Source: Candidatus Electrothrix sp. GW3-4 (GTDB lineage Bacteria; Desulfobacterota; Desulfobulbia; Desulfobulbales; Desulfobulbaceae). From it: a stretch of 32,000 nt of DNA. The stretch lies in assembly GCF_037902255.1 (NCBI RefSeq), contig NZ_CP147990.1, forward strand, positions 1,680,001 to 1,712,000, read 5' to 3'. The notes under the pieces are model-generated. The model did not search any database and had not been told where the DNA came from. It saw only the letters and a list, made by a program, of their open reading frames with translations. Positions 1 to 9,051 of the stretch are shown here, one piece after another (the first letter of the stretch is position 1; every line of letters begins with the position of its first letter). The translations under genes were made by a program, and so were the position numbers.

Positions 1-33
1 GGGTCCCGCTTTTTGGGGCCAGGTAAGTGAAGG

Positions 34-69
34 AAAGGCACTTCTCGACAAGCGGGAGGTGCCTTTTTT
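34..69 (+). terminator. Rho-independent terminator-like hairpin ending an upstream gene that lies outside the window
   Basis: Arms AAAGGCACTTCTCG (34-47) and CGGGAGGTGCCTTT (53-66) pair over 14 bp including 2 G.T pairs. The loop is 5 nt and a T-run follows directly. Confidence 0.6.
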
Positions 70-242
70 ATTTACTTTTTTCGTGTTCTATGTCTAAATC
101 CAAAAAACTCAAAGTGCTACAAGCACCTGCGTGTCTGCCCGGTGCCCTGCATTAACGGGACATACAAGGGCGAACACAAGGTTCGCCCCTATGGCATCCG
201 AAATTTTGGGGCGTCACCACCCCTTCATCTGCAAGGAATAAA

Positions 243-1811
243 ATGGCAAAAAAAGCTGCAAACAAAAAAGTGAACAAGAAAACAAACAGCTTTGAACAGA
301 TCTTGTGGGACACGGCCAATAAACTGCGCGGCTCGGTTTCCTCGGCAGATTATAAGCATGTGGTCCTGAGCCTGATCTTTCTCAAATTTGCCAGCGATAA
401 GTTTGAGGAACGCAGGGCAGAGCTCATTGCCGAGGGCAAGGAGAAGTATGTGGACATGGTGGAGTTTTACACCATGAAGAATATCTTTTTCCTGCCCGAG
501 GAGGCGCGCTGGAGCTATGTGAAGCAGCAGGCCAAGCAGGATGATCTTGCCATCAAGATCGACACGGCCCTGGCCACGGTGGAGAAGAACAACAAGGCCC
601 TGAAAGGGGCCCTGCCGGATAATTATTTCTCCCGCCTGGGGCTGGAGGGCAGCAAGTTGGCCGCCCTGATTGACACCATCTCCAATATCGATACGGTGGC
701 CGATAAGAAGGAAGATGTGGTGGGCCGGGTCTATGAGTATTTCCTAGCCAAGTTTGCCGCCTCTGAGGGTCAGCGGGGCGGAGAGTTCTACACCCCCAAG
801 GTGGTGGTTAATCTGATTGCCGAGATGATCGAGCCCTACAAGGGCAAGATCTATGATCCCTGCTGCGGCTCCGGCGGCATGTTTGTCCAGTCCATCAAGT
901 TTGTGGAGAGCCATCACGGCAACACCAGGGATATCTCCATCTACGGTCAGGAGTCCATTGCCACCACCCGCAAGCTGGCCAAGATGAACCTGGCCATCCG
1001 GGGCATTTCCGGTAATCTGGGCGAGGCGCCAGCAGACACCTTTTTCCGGGACCAGCACCCGGACCTCAAGGCGGATTACATCATGGCCAATCCGCCCTTT
1101 AACCTGAAAGGGTGGCGGGCTGCGGACGAGCTCACCGATGATCCGCGTTGGGCAGGCTACGAGGTGCCGCCTGCCAACAATGCCAACTATGCCTGGATCC
1201 TGCATATGATCTCCAAGCTCTCAGAGAACGGGGTGGCGGGTTTTGTCCTGGCCAATGGCTCCATGTCCACCACCACCAATTCAGAGGGGGAGATCCGCAA
1301 AAAGATTATTGAGAATGATCTGGTGGATTGCATGATTGCCCTGCCAGGTCAGCTCTTTTTCACCACTGCTATCCCGGTCTGTTTGTGGTTTATCAGCAAG
1401 AACAAAAAGGCGGATGCCGCGCAGGGATTTCGCGATCGGCGGGGCGAGACCCTGTTTATTGATGCCCGCAAGATGGGTACATTGATTGACCGGGTCCATC
1501 GGGAGCTGTCGGAAGAGGAGATTGGGGAGATTACCCGCACCTATCATGCCTGGCGAGGTGAGGCTGAGGCTGGTGCATATGAGGACACGCCGGGCTTTTG
1601 TAAGTCGGCCACCTTGGAAGAGATCACGTCGCATCAGTATGTCCTGACCCCTGGCCGCTATGTGGGGGTTGAGGAAGTGGAGGATGATGGGGTGCCGTTT
1701 GAGGAGAAGATGGGGGAGTTGACCGCTGTTCTGTATCAGCAGATGAAGGAAGGGGCGGAGTTGGATGCGGTGATTCGGAGGAATCTGGAGGTGTTGGGTT
1801 ATGGGGGGTGA
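243..1811 (+). CDS. hsdM: Type I restriction-modification system, DNA methyltransferase subunit M (N6-adenine)
   Basis: 522-aa ORF with an AAGGA RBS. It has an HsdM N-terminal-type helix region (YKHVVLSLIFLKFASDKFEE), an AdoMet motif (YDPCCGSGGMF) and the catalytic NPPF motif (IMANPPFNLKGW). Its stop overlaps the hsdS start. Confidence 0.95.
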   Translation: MAKKAANKKVNKKTNSFEQILWDTANKLRGSVSSADYKHVVLSLIFLKFASDKFEERRAELIAEGKEKYVDMVEFYTMKNIFFLPEEARWSYVKQQAKQDDLAIKIDTALATVEKNNKALKGALPDNYFSRLGLEGSKLAALIDTISNIDTVADKKEDVVGRVYEYFLAKFAASEGQRGGEFYTPKVVVNLIAEMIEPYKGKIYDPCCGSGGMFVQSIKFVESHHGNTRDISIYGQESIATTRKLAKMNLAIRGISGNLGEAPADTFFRDQHPDLKADYIMANPPFNLKGWRAADELTDDPRWAGYEVPPANNANYAWILHMISKLSENGVAGFVLANGSMSTTTNSEGEIRKKIIENDLVDCMIALPGQLFFTTAIPVCLWFISKNKKADAAQGFRDRRGETLFIDARKMGTLIDRVHRELSEEEIGEITRTYHAWRGEAEAGAYEDTPGFCKSATLEEITSHQYVLTPGRYVGVEEVEDDGVPFEEKMGELTAVLYQQMKEGAELDAVIRRNLEVLGYGG

Positions 1812-3099
1812 GTGGCGGCAAGTTACCTGGGGAGACTTAGCTACGCTTGAATACGGCAAGGGCCTACGCGGTTACAAAAATGCTACAGGTGATTATAGAG
1901 TTTTCGGCACGAATGGCCCCATAGGCTGGCACAGCGAGCCTCTTTGTAAATTTCCGAGTGTGATTGTCGGACGAAAAGGAGCTTACAGAGGGATTCATTT
2001 CTCTCCAGAGCCGTTCTTCGTAATTGACACTGCATTCTACCTCAAACCCAAAGAAGGCTTTGACATAAAATGGGCTTATTATGAACTTCTAATCCATGAT
2101 ATTAACAACATGGACTCTGGTTCAGCTATTCCCTCAACAAGTCGAGACTCTTTTTACACGCTACCTGTTTTAGTTCCCCCAGAGAAAGAACAAAAAGCCA
2201 TTGCCCATGTGTTGGGGACACTGGATGACCGGATTGAGTTGAACCGGCGGATGAATGAGACCCTGGAGGCGATGGCGCAGGCCTTGTTCAAGAGCTGGTT
2301 CGTTGATTTTGACCCGGTGATTGACAATGCCTTGGCCAGTGGCAAGGAAATTCCCGAGGAGTTGAGTGAACGGGCCAAGGCTCGTGCAGCCCTCGGTGAC
2401 AAGCGCAAGCCCCTGCCTGAAGAGATCCGCAGTCTCTTTCCTGATGAGTTTGCCTACAGTGACGTGATGGGGTGGATTCCCAAGGGGTGGGAGGGAACTA
2501 TTTTTAACGAGTTAATCGAGCTAACAGGTGGAGGAACACCAAAAACCTCGGTTGATGAATATTGGAATGGAGACATTCCTTGGTTTTCTGTTGTTGATGC
2601 ACCACGCCCAGCAGATGTCTTCGTTGTCGATACGGAAAAACATATTACCCAGCTTGGGGTTGATAATTCATCAACAAAGATTCTACCCGTTGGGGCAACA
2701 ATAATTAGTGCGCGTGGTACAGTGGGGAAATGTGCGCTTGTTGGCAGGCCAATGGCCATGAACCAGTCATGTTACGGGATTCGTGGCAAAAGAGGTTTAT
2801 CAGACAGTTTTATTTATTTTGCTGTGAGGCAACAAGTTGAACATCTTCAAAGAGGTGGGCATGGTTCTGTTTTTAACACAATCACCCGAGACACATTCAA
2901 AATAATCAAAGTGGCGAATGGGCGAGTTGAACTCACGCAAAAATACGAAGAGTCTGTTAAACCGTTTCTGGATAAAATCCTATTGAATAATATTCAACAC
3001 GGTAATATTTCTGCTCTCCGCGACACCCTTCTCCCCAAACTCCTCTCCGGCGAACTCCGCATCCCCGACGCCGAAAAAATGGTGGAGGAAGTGGTATGA
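1801..3099 (+). CDS. hsdS: Type I restriction-modification system, specificity subunit S (two target-recognition domains)
   Basis: 432-aa ORF overlapping hsdM by 11 nt. A central conserved helix (PPEKEQKAIAHVLGTLDDRIELNRRMNETLEAMAQALFKSWFVDFDPV) and a C-terminal conserved helix (LRDTLLPKLLSGELRI) flank two variable, AT-richer TRD-like blocks. Confidence 0.9.
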   Translation: MGGEWRQVTWGDLATLEYGKGLRGYKNATGDYRVFGTNGPIGWHSEPLCKFPSVIVGRKGAYRGIHFSPEPFFVIDTAFYLKPKEGFDIKWAYYELLIHDINNMDSGSAIPSTSRDSFYTLPVLVPPEKEQKAIAHVLGTLDDRIELNRRMNETLEAMAQALFKSWFVDFDPVIDNALASGKEIPEELSERAKARAALGDKRKPLPEEIRSLFPDEFAYSDVMGWIPKGWEGTIFNELIELTGGGTPKTSVDEYWNGDIPWFSVVDAPRPADVFVVDTEKHITQLGVDNSSTKILPVGATIISARGTVGKCALVGRPMAMNQSCYGIRGKRGLSDSFIYFAVRQQVEHLQRGGHGSVFNTITRDTFKIIKVANGRVELTQKYEESVKPFLDKILLNNIQHGNISALRDTLLPKLLSGELRIPDAEKMVEEVV

Positions 3100-4733
3100 A
3101 AACAGAAAATCAATACACCGACCTCAAATCTCTGCGCATGGTTACTGGTAAGAGCGCCGACTGGCCGGAGTTGGCCAAGGATTGTGTCTGTTTTGCCAAT
3201 GCACGGGGTGGCTCTATTCTTATCGGAATTGAAGACGATCAAACTGAACCACCGAAAAATCAAACCTTACCCGCTGGGCTTGCGGAAAAGATACTGAAGC
3301 GTATCGGAGAATTGACCGTCAATGTCATTCTTTCTTTCATTCCTCGGGTGAGTGATAATGGGGGAGAATACCTTGAACTACAGGTGGCGCGCGCCACTGC
3401 TCCTGCCTCCACCACAGATGGCAGATTTTACCTGCGGATTGCTGATGATTGCAAGCCGCTTATAGGTAACGATATCCAGAGATTGCTTGATGAACGAAAT
3501 GCCAGACCGTGGGAAACGCTGACAACCTTGAATGTGGAGAGAGGAAAAATTGACCCTGCAAAGCTGGACCAGTTTGTGGCAGGGATACGCAATTCAGACC
3601 GGGTAAAGACATCCGTGAAGGAGAAAACCGATCAGGAATTGCTGGATCACTATCTTCTAGCCGTAGACGATTACCTGACTAACCTTGGTGTTCTCTGTGT
3701 TGGCCGGAGACAGGAGAGAGCAATGCTCGGAACAGCTCCTGTGATCCAATTTCTCAAATTCGATGAAAACAATCAAAAGGTCAATAAACTGGTCTGGGAT
3801 GATTACAACCTGACACCAATGGAGATGATAGAAGCGGTTTGGCAGGAGGTCCCTGACTTTCGAGAGCATTATGAGCTTCCCTCCGGCCTGTTCCGTACGA
3901 CACTGCCTGTTTATGATGAAGTGGTTGTCCGTGAGTTGCTGGTAAACGCCTTGGTGCATCGTCCGTACACTCAGCGAGGCGATATATTCCTGAACCTGCG
4001 GACATCCTGCCTTGAAGTCGTTAATCCCGGTCTGCTGCCGTTGGGAGTCACTCCCAGAAATGTCCTTCACACCACCGTGCGACGCAATGAGCATCTAGCC
4101 AGAATTTTTCATGATCTGAAGCTGATGGAACGTGAAGGGAGCGGTTTTGACAGAATGTATGAGGTTTTGTTGTCCCAAGCCAGGCCTGTTCCTGAGCTGC
4201 GCGAAGGTCCGGATCGGGTTGAAGTCATTATCTGCAAGCGGATATTGAAGCCTGAAATAATTGACTTCATTTCTAAAGCGGATCAGGCGTGGCAACTGAC
4301 TCAGCGAGAGCGCATTACCCTGGGATTGATAGCTCAGCATGAAAGCCTCACTGCCCGTGAGCTGTCAGGGCTTCTGGAACTCGATGAAATTGTCGGATTG
4401 TCAAGCTGGATGGGACGGTTGCAAAAATTTGGTGTGGTTAAGCAACAGGGTAAAACGCAGGCGACAAGGTATTTTGTAGATCCCAACTTACTTCGAAAGC
4501 TGGATTTCACCCAAAGTACAACGTTAACTCTCATAGAACCTTATAGACTGAAAGCCCTTATTGTTGAAGACTTGAAGAGGTATCCTGACTCGGCTATCAG
4601 TGATATTCATGGTCGGGTCGCACCAGAGCTTGACCGCCACCGAATTAAAAAAGCACTGGATGAATTGACAGGAGATGGATCAATTATCTTTGCTGGTGAG
4701 AAACGCTGGCGGCGCTACTCTGCTGCTGAGTAG
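3096..4733 (+). CDS. AlbA_2 (Schlafen-like divergent AAA) + HATPase_c_4 (RecG C-terminal-like GHKL) + C-terminal wHTH-like protein; accessory gene embedded in the R-M operon
   Basis: The 545-aa ORF starts in an ATGA overlap with the hsdS stop. Motifs are FANARGGSILIGIEDD (AlbA_2 core) and RELLVNALVHRPY...VVNPGLLP...RRNEHLARIF...EREGSGFDRMY (HATPase_c_4-like). Confidence 0.75.
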   Translation: MKTENQYTDLKSLRMVTGKSADWPELAKDCVCFANARGGSILIGIEDDQTEPPKNQTLPAGLAEKILKRIGELTVNVILSFIPRVSDNGGEYLELQVARATAPASTTDGRFYLRIADDCKPLIGNDIQRLLDERNARPWETLTTLNVERGKIDPAKLDQFVAGIRNSDRVKTSVKEKTDQELLDHYLLAVDDYLTNLGVLCVGRRQERAMLGTAPVIQFLKFDENNQKVNKLVWDDYNLTPMEMIEAVWQEVPDFREHYELPSGLFRTTLPVYDEVVVRELLVNALVHRPYTQRGDIFLNLRTSCLEVVNPGLLPLGVTPRNVLHTTVRRNEHLARIFHDLKLMEREGSGFDRMYEVLLSQARPVPELREGPDRVEVIICKRILKPEIIDFISKADQAWQLTQRERITLGLIAQHESLTARELSGLLELDEIVGLSSWMGRLQKFGVVKQQGKTQATRYFVDPNLLRKLDFTQSTTLTLIEPYRLKALIVEDLKRYPDSAISDIHGRVAPELDRHRIKKALDELTGDGSIIFAGEKRWRRYSAAE

Positions 4734-4883
4734 CTCTATCACATAAATAAGACTCTATCTTGATAGGTTGTTTGATAGAAAACGATTAAACTTCTTTTAT
4801 CTTTTTTGATTACAAATAGTTCTATTATATAAAGGCGGAGAAAGTATTCGATATACTACTGAAGGACTTGTCCTGTTGAGCAT

Positions 4884-4919
4884 ATTTGTCCAGTTTATTG
4901 TGCAAAAAACTGGACAAAT
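4884..4919. repeat. Perfect 13-bp inverted repeat (ATTTGTCCAGTTT / AAACTGGACAAAT, 10-nt spacer) in the AT-rich hsdR upstream spacer; possible operator or RNA hairpin
   Basis: Arms at 4884-4896 and 4907-4919, read directly. They lie within the 361-bp AT-rich gap between 4733 and 5095. Confidence 0.5.
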
Positions 4920-5094
4920 CTTCATAGTGCAACTGCTCAATTATTATGCTTAACCACATGAATATCTTGAGAATATAGATATTCAACTCCCCATACGGGA
5001 TACTCTCACCTCTGTTGATTTTACCGATAAGGTGAAAATTAATACATGAACCATTCGGTATTCCCGGACAGTTCATCTACATATTGGAGAGCTG

Positions 5095-8000
5095 ATGAAA
5101 TTCAATGAGGAAAAGCTGGAACGTGCAATAATTGAGCTTCTTGGCCACAAAGGCTACCCCCACGTCCACGGCGCCACCATTGACCGGGAACCGGGCGAGG
5201 TCCTGATCAAGGAGGACCTGCGTGCCTTCCTGGCCAGGCAGTATGCCGAGGACCACATCACCCCCAATGAGATTGCCTCCATCATCCGGGAACTGGAAAG
5301 CTGCCCAGCCTCTGACCTCTACGAAAGCAACAAGACCATCATGAAGATGGTGGCAGACGGTTTTCTCCTCAAGCGGGAGGACCGCAGCCAGAAAGACCTC
5401 TATATCCAGCTCATTGATTATTCCGACCTGACCGCGCAGAAGACTCCCAAAGAGGGCGAGGTACCGACCCTTATTGCTGAGCCGGACCCCCCCTATCATG
5501 CCAGCAAAAACATCTATAAGATGGTCAACCAGCTGGAGATCGTGGGCTATGAGACGCGCATCCCGGACGGGATTCTCTACATCAATGGTCTGCCCCTGGT
5601 GGTCTTCGAGTTCAAGAGCGCCATCCGGGAGGAGGCCACCATCCATGATGCCTATGTCCAGCTCACGGTGCGCTACCGGCGGGACATCCCGGAATTGTTT
5701 AAATACAATGCCTTTTGTGTTATCAGCGATGGGATCAACAACCGGGCCGGTTCCTTCTTTGCTCCATACGAATTTTTTTACGGCTGGCAGAAGATCGACG
5801 GCAGCGAGCAGCGGGAAAAGGACGGCATTGATTCCCTCTACACCATGATCCACGGGATGTTTGCTCAGGTCCGGCTGCGGGATATCATCCGCAATTTTAT
5901 CTACCTGCCGGACAGCTCAAAAAAGGAGGAGAAAATCCTCTGCCGCTACCCGCAATACTACGCAGCCAACAAACTCTATGCCAATATCAAGGCCCATCGT
6001 CGCCCGGACGGGGATGGTAAGGGCGGCACCTATTTCGGGGCCACGGGCTGCGGCAAGAGCTTTACCATGCTCTTTCTCACCCGGCTGCTGATGAAGAGTG
6101 TTGCTTTTGCCAGCCCCACCATTGTCCTGATTACCGACCGCACTGACCTGGATGATCAGTTATCGACTCAGTTTGTTCATGCAAAAAAATACATCGGTGA
6201 TGAGGCGGTCATCAGTGTGGAGAGCCGGGCCCAGCTGCGGGAGCTCTTAACGGGCCGCAACAGCGGCGGTGTTTTTCTCACCACCATCCATAAGTTTACC
6301 GAAGACACGGAACTGCTCACCACGCGGGATAATGTGATCTGTATCTCGGACGAGGCCCATCGCAGCCAGACCAACCTGGACCAGAAGGTACGAATCACAG
6401 AGGATGGGGTACAGAGGAGCTACGGCTTTGCCAAATATCTCCATGATTCCCTGCCCAATGCTACCTATGTGGGCTTTACCGGTACCCCCATTGATGCCAC
6501 CCTGGATGTGTTCGGGCCTGCGGTGGATACCTACACCATGAACGAGTCAGTGAGCGACGGCATTACCGTTCGCATCGTCTATGAAGGCCGGGCCGCCAAG
6601 GTGCTCCTGGATAACCGCAAGCTGGCAGAGATCGAGGCCTATTATGGCCAATGCGCGGAACAAGGGGCCACGGACTATCAGATTGAGGAGAGCAAGAGGG
6701 CCAGTGCCAATATGAACGCCATCCTGGGTGATCCAGACCGGCTGGCAGCCCTGGCCAAGGATTTTGTGGGCCATTACGAGGCGCGGATCAATGAAGGCGC
6801 CACCGTCCGGGGCAAGGCCCTGTTTGTCTGTAGCAATCGTCCCATTGCCTATGCCCTGTTTCAGGAGATTATCGCCCTGCGCCCGCAATGGGCCGAGGTG
6901 AAGGTCTGTGAGGAGGGGACAGAGCTCTCTGAAGGGGAGCGGGAAAAGATCAAGCCGATGGAACGGATCAAGATGATCATGACCCGTGGCCAGGATGATC
7001 CCAGGGACTTATACGAGATGCTCGGCACCAAGGACTATCGCAAAAAACTGGCTGATCAGTTTAAGAAAGACAAGTCGAATTTCAAAATCGCTCTGGTGGT
7101 GGATATGTGGCTCACCGGTTTTGATGTACCTTTTCTTGATACCATCTATATCGACAAGCCCATCCAGCGCCATAACCTGATCCAGACCATATCACGGGTG
7201 AACCGCAAGTTTGCAGGTAAGGAAAAGGGCCTGGTTGTTGACTATATCGGGATCAAGAGCCAGATGAATCAGGCCCTGGCCCATTATGCCCAAACAGAGA
7301 GCGCCAATATTGAGGAGATTAATCAGTCCATTATCGTGGTCAAGGACCACCTGGACCTGCTGGCCAAGATCTTTCACCGCTTTGATACCCGGCCTTATTT
7401 TAGCGGCACACCTGTTGCCCAGCTCCACTGCCTCAATATGGCAGCCGAGTTTGCCCAGGATACAGACAAACAGGAAAAACGCTTCATGTTTCTGGTCAAG
7501 CGGCTCAAGGCGGCCTATGATATCTGCTGTGGCAGCGATGCCTTGAGCCAGGATGAACGCGACCATATCCATTTTTATCTGGCCGTACGGTCCATCGTCT
7601 ATAAGCTGACCAAGGGTAATGCCCCGGATGCGGCCCAGATGAACGCCAAGGTGCGGGAGATGATCAAAGAGGCCCTGCAAAGCGACGGGGTGGAAGAGAT
7701 CTTCAGGATGGGGGAAGGCAAGGAGTATGATCTGTTCAGCGAGGACTACCTGGCCAAGATTGCCAAGATCAAGTTGCCCAATACGAAGATTAAACTCCTG
7801 CAGCAGTTGCTGGCCAAGGCCATTGAAGAATTCAAGAAGGTGAATAAGGTCAAAGGGATTGATTTTTCCAAGAAGTTGAAGGCCCTGGTGGAGCGCTACA
7901 ACGAGCGCAAAGAGGATGATGTGTTACGGAGCGAGGTCCTGGAGGACTTCACCGATGAGATTATTGACCTCTACAAGGCCCTGCGGAAAGAAAAAGAGTC

Positions 8001-8310
8001 GTTTGGTGAGCTGGGGATCAATTTCGAGGAAAAGGCCTTCTATGATATCCTCAAGGCCTTGGCGCATAAATATGACTTTACCTACCCGGAAGACAAACTC
8101 CTGCACCTGGCCAAGGAGGTCAAGACGGTGGTTGACGACAAGGCCAAATATACAGACTGGAGCGCACGGGAGGATATTAAGGCGGAGTTGAAGGCGGACC
8201 TGATTGTCCTGCTGGCTGAGAACGATTACCCACCGGTGGACCGGGATGAAGTGTACAAGGAGATATTCGAGCAGGCAGAGAATTTTAAGCGCTATCAGGC
8301 TGTGAGCTAA
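5095..8310 (+). CDS. hsdR: Type I restriction enzyme, endonuclease/translocase subunit R
   Basis: 1071-aa ORF with a typical HsdR N-terminus (MKFNEEKLERAIIELL). It has a PD-(D/E)xK-like nuclease motif (GLPLVVFEFKSA), Walker A (GATGCGKS) and a DEAH box (ICISDEAHRSQ), plus a long helical C-terminal region. Confidence 0.95.
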   Translation: MKFNEEKLERAIIELLGHKGYPHVHGATIDREPGEVLIKEDLRAFLARQYAEDHITPNEIASIIRELESCPASDLYESNKTIMKMVADGFLLKREDRSQKDLYIQLIDYSDLTAQKTPKEGEVPTLIAEPDPPYHASKNIYKMVNQLEIVGYETRIPDGILYINGLPLVVFEFKSAIREEATIHDAYVQLTVRYRRDIPELFKYNAFCVISDGINNRAGSFFAPYEFFYGWQKIDGSEQREKDGIDSLYTMIHGMFAQVRLRDIIRNFIYLPDSSKKEEKILCRYPQYYAANKLYANIKAHRRPDGDGKGGTYFGATGCGKSFTMLFLTRLLMKSVAFASPTIVLITDRTDLDDQLSTQFVHAKKYIGDEAVISVESRAQLRELLTGRNSGGVFLTTIHKFTEDTELLTTRDNVICISDEAHRSQTNLDQKVRITEDGVQRSYGFAKYLHDSLPNATYVGFTGTPIDATLDVFGPAVDTYTMNESVSDGITVRIVYEGRAAKVLLDNRKLAEIEAYYGQCAEQGATDYQIEESKRASANMNAILGDPDRLAALAKDFVGHYEARINEGATVRGKALFVCSNRPIAYALFQEIIALRPQWAEVKVCEEGTELSEGEREKIKPMERIKMIMTRGQDDPRDLYEMLGTKDYRKKLADQFKKDKSNFKIALVVDMWLTGFDVPFLDTIYIDKPIQRHNLIQTISRVNRKFAGKEKGLVVDYIGIKSQMNQALAHYAQTESANIEEINQSIIVVKDHLDLLAKIFHRFDTRPYFSGTPVAQLHCLNMAAEFAQDTDKQEKRFMFLVKRLKAAYDICCGSDALSQDERDHIHFYLAVRSIVYKLTKGNAPDAAQMNAKVREMIKEALQSDGVEEIFRMGEGKEYDLFSEDYLAKIAKIKLPNTKIKLLQQLLAKAIEEFKKVNKVKGIDFSKKLKALVERYNERKEDDVLRSEVLEDFTDEIIDLYKALRKEKESFGELGINFEEKAFYDILKALAHKYDFTYPEDKLLHLAKEVKTVVDDKAKYTDWSAREDIKAELKADLIVLLAENDYPPVDRDEVYKEIFEQAENFKRYQAVS

Positions 8311-8448
8311 CAAGACGCTGCTCTGGAACCGCCCTCTGCTGCGCTCCATAGTATTATCCTCTAACTTTCCGTTGTTTCGCTCGGAAAAAAGAGCAAAGAA
8401 AAAGAACGCCCTTCTTTTTCCCTTGCAATTTCCCGAAACAAGAGCTAA

Positions 8449-8877
8449 TTGTTGAATTCTGTTCAAGGAACGGCATCCAGCGCTCCCTTTGCAGGAACAA
8501 ATCCCCCAGAGGCGACCAACAAGGTTGATAACGTCAGTTCGGAGATGAAAAGCGTGATCCATTACGCCGAAGATACGGTGCATGGCGATGATGCCAAATT
8601 ATCGGAATTAGGCTGGGGTGGCAGGGCAGAGTCGCATGCCCTGCAGGCGCCCGGACAGCCGAGACTCCTTGAGGCGCCGGAACAGAGCGCAGGCAGACTG
8701 ACCCTGGATTGGAAAAAGCCTCTTGCTGGCGGCACTCCGGCTTCCTATAAGGTGGAACGGCGCGAATTGATCCAAGGTGGGACCTGGGCCCTGGCAGAGA
8801 TTGCCATCAACACCGAGATTACCCTTAATAAGGCGGGTGAGGGTGAGCCGAGCAACATCGTGACCGCGATGCTGTAA
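8449..8877 (+). pseudogene. Remnant of a fibronectin type III domain protein (no credible start, internally shortened FN3)
   Basis: The frame opens right after a stop and begins with TTG. The FN3-like signature LDWKKPLAGGTPASYKVERRE...NKAGEGEPSNIV lacks the usual middle strands between ITL and NKAGEGEPS. Confidence 0.35.
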
Positions 8878-8945
8878 GAGGGGCTGCGCATTCCCCGTAT
8901 CCAGCGAACCTGACCAGTTCTCCATCCCCTGCGAACGACACTTTC

Positions 8946-8981
8946 AGGCCCTTGCCAACGGGCAAGAACGGGCAAGGGCCT
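8946..8981. terminator. GC-rich hairpin with an alternative pairing option (repeated GGGCAAG), downstream of the FN3 remnant
   Basis: AGGCCCTTGCC (8946-8956) pairs with GGCAAGGGCCT (8971-8981). An inner alternative is CTTGCC/GGCAAG. No T-run follows. Confidence 0.3.
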
Positions 8982-9051
8982 GAGCCTCCGCCAGGGGGGC
9001 AGGAGTTTTGTTCCAGGAAGAAGAGGCCAAAGAGAGAACGTAGAGGGTATT

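Noticed and set aside
1803-1808. G6 run in the hsdM/hsdS overlap as a phase-variation switch
   Set aside because: Six residues is below the tract length usually associated with phase-variable R-M genes, and there is no other simple-sequence repeat in hsdS or hsdM.
4825-5076. 83-aa minus-strand ORF in the hsdR upstream spacer
   Set aside because: There is no Shine-Dalgarno-like sequence upstream of its ATG. Its AT-rich composition is equal to the surrounding non-coding DNA, it is interrupted by the 13-bp inverted repeat, and it has no recognisable motif.
5077-5853. 258-aa ORF on the minus strand (plus other long antisense ORFs: 7924..8583, 17799..18536, 19321..20079, 22407..23240, 23274..24158)
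   Set aside because: Each lies entirely antisense to an ORF with unambiguous family motifs (hsdR, pabB-pabC, histidine kinase, multihaem cytochrome). Their translations are low-complexity or Arg/Gly/Pro/Leu-rich with no motif. This is typical of shadow ORFs opposite codon-biased genes.
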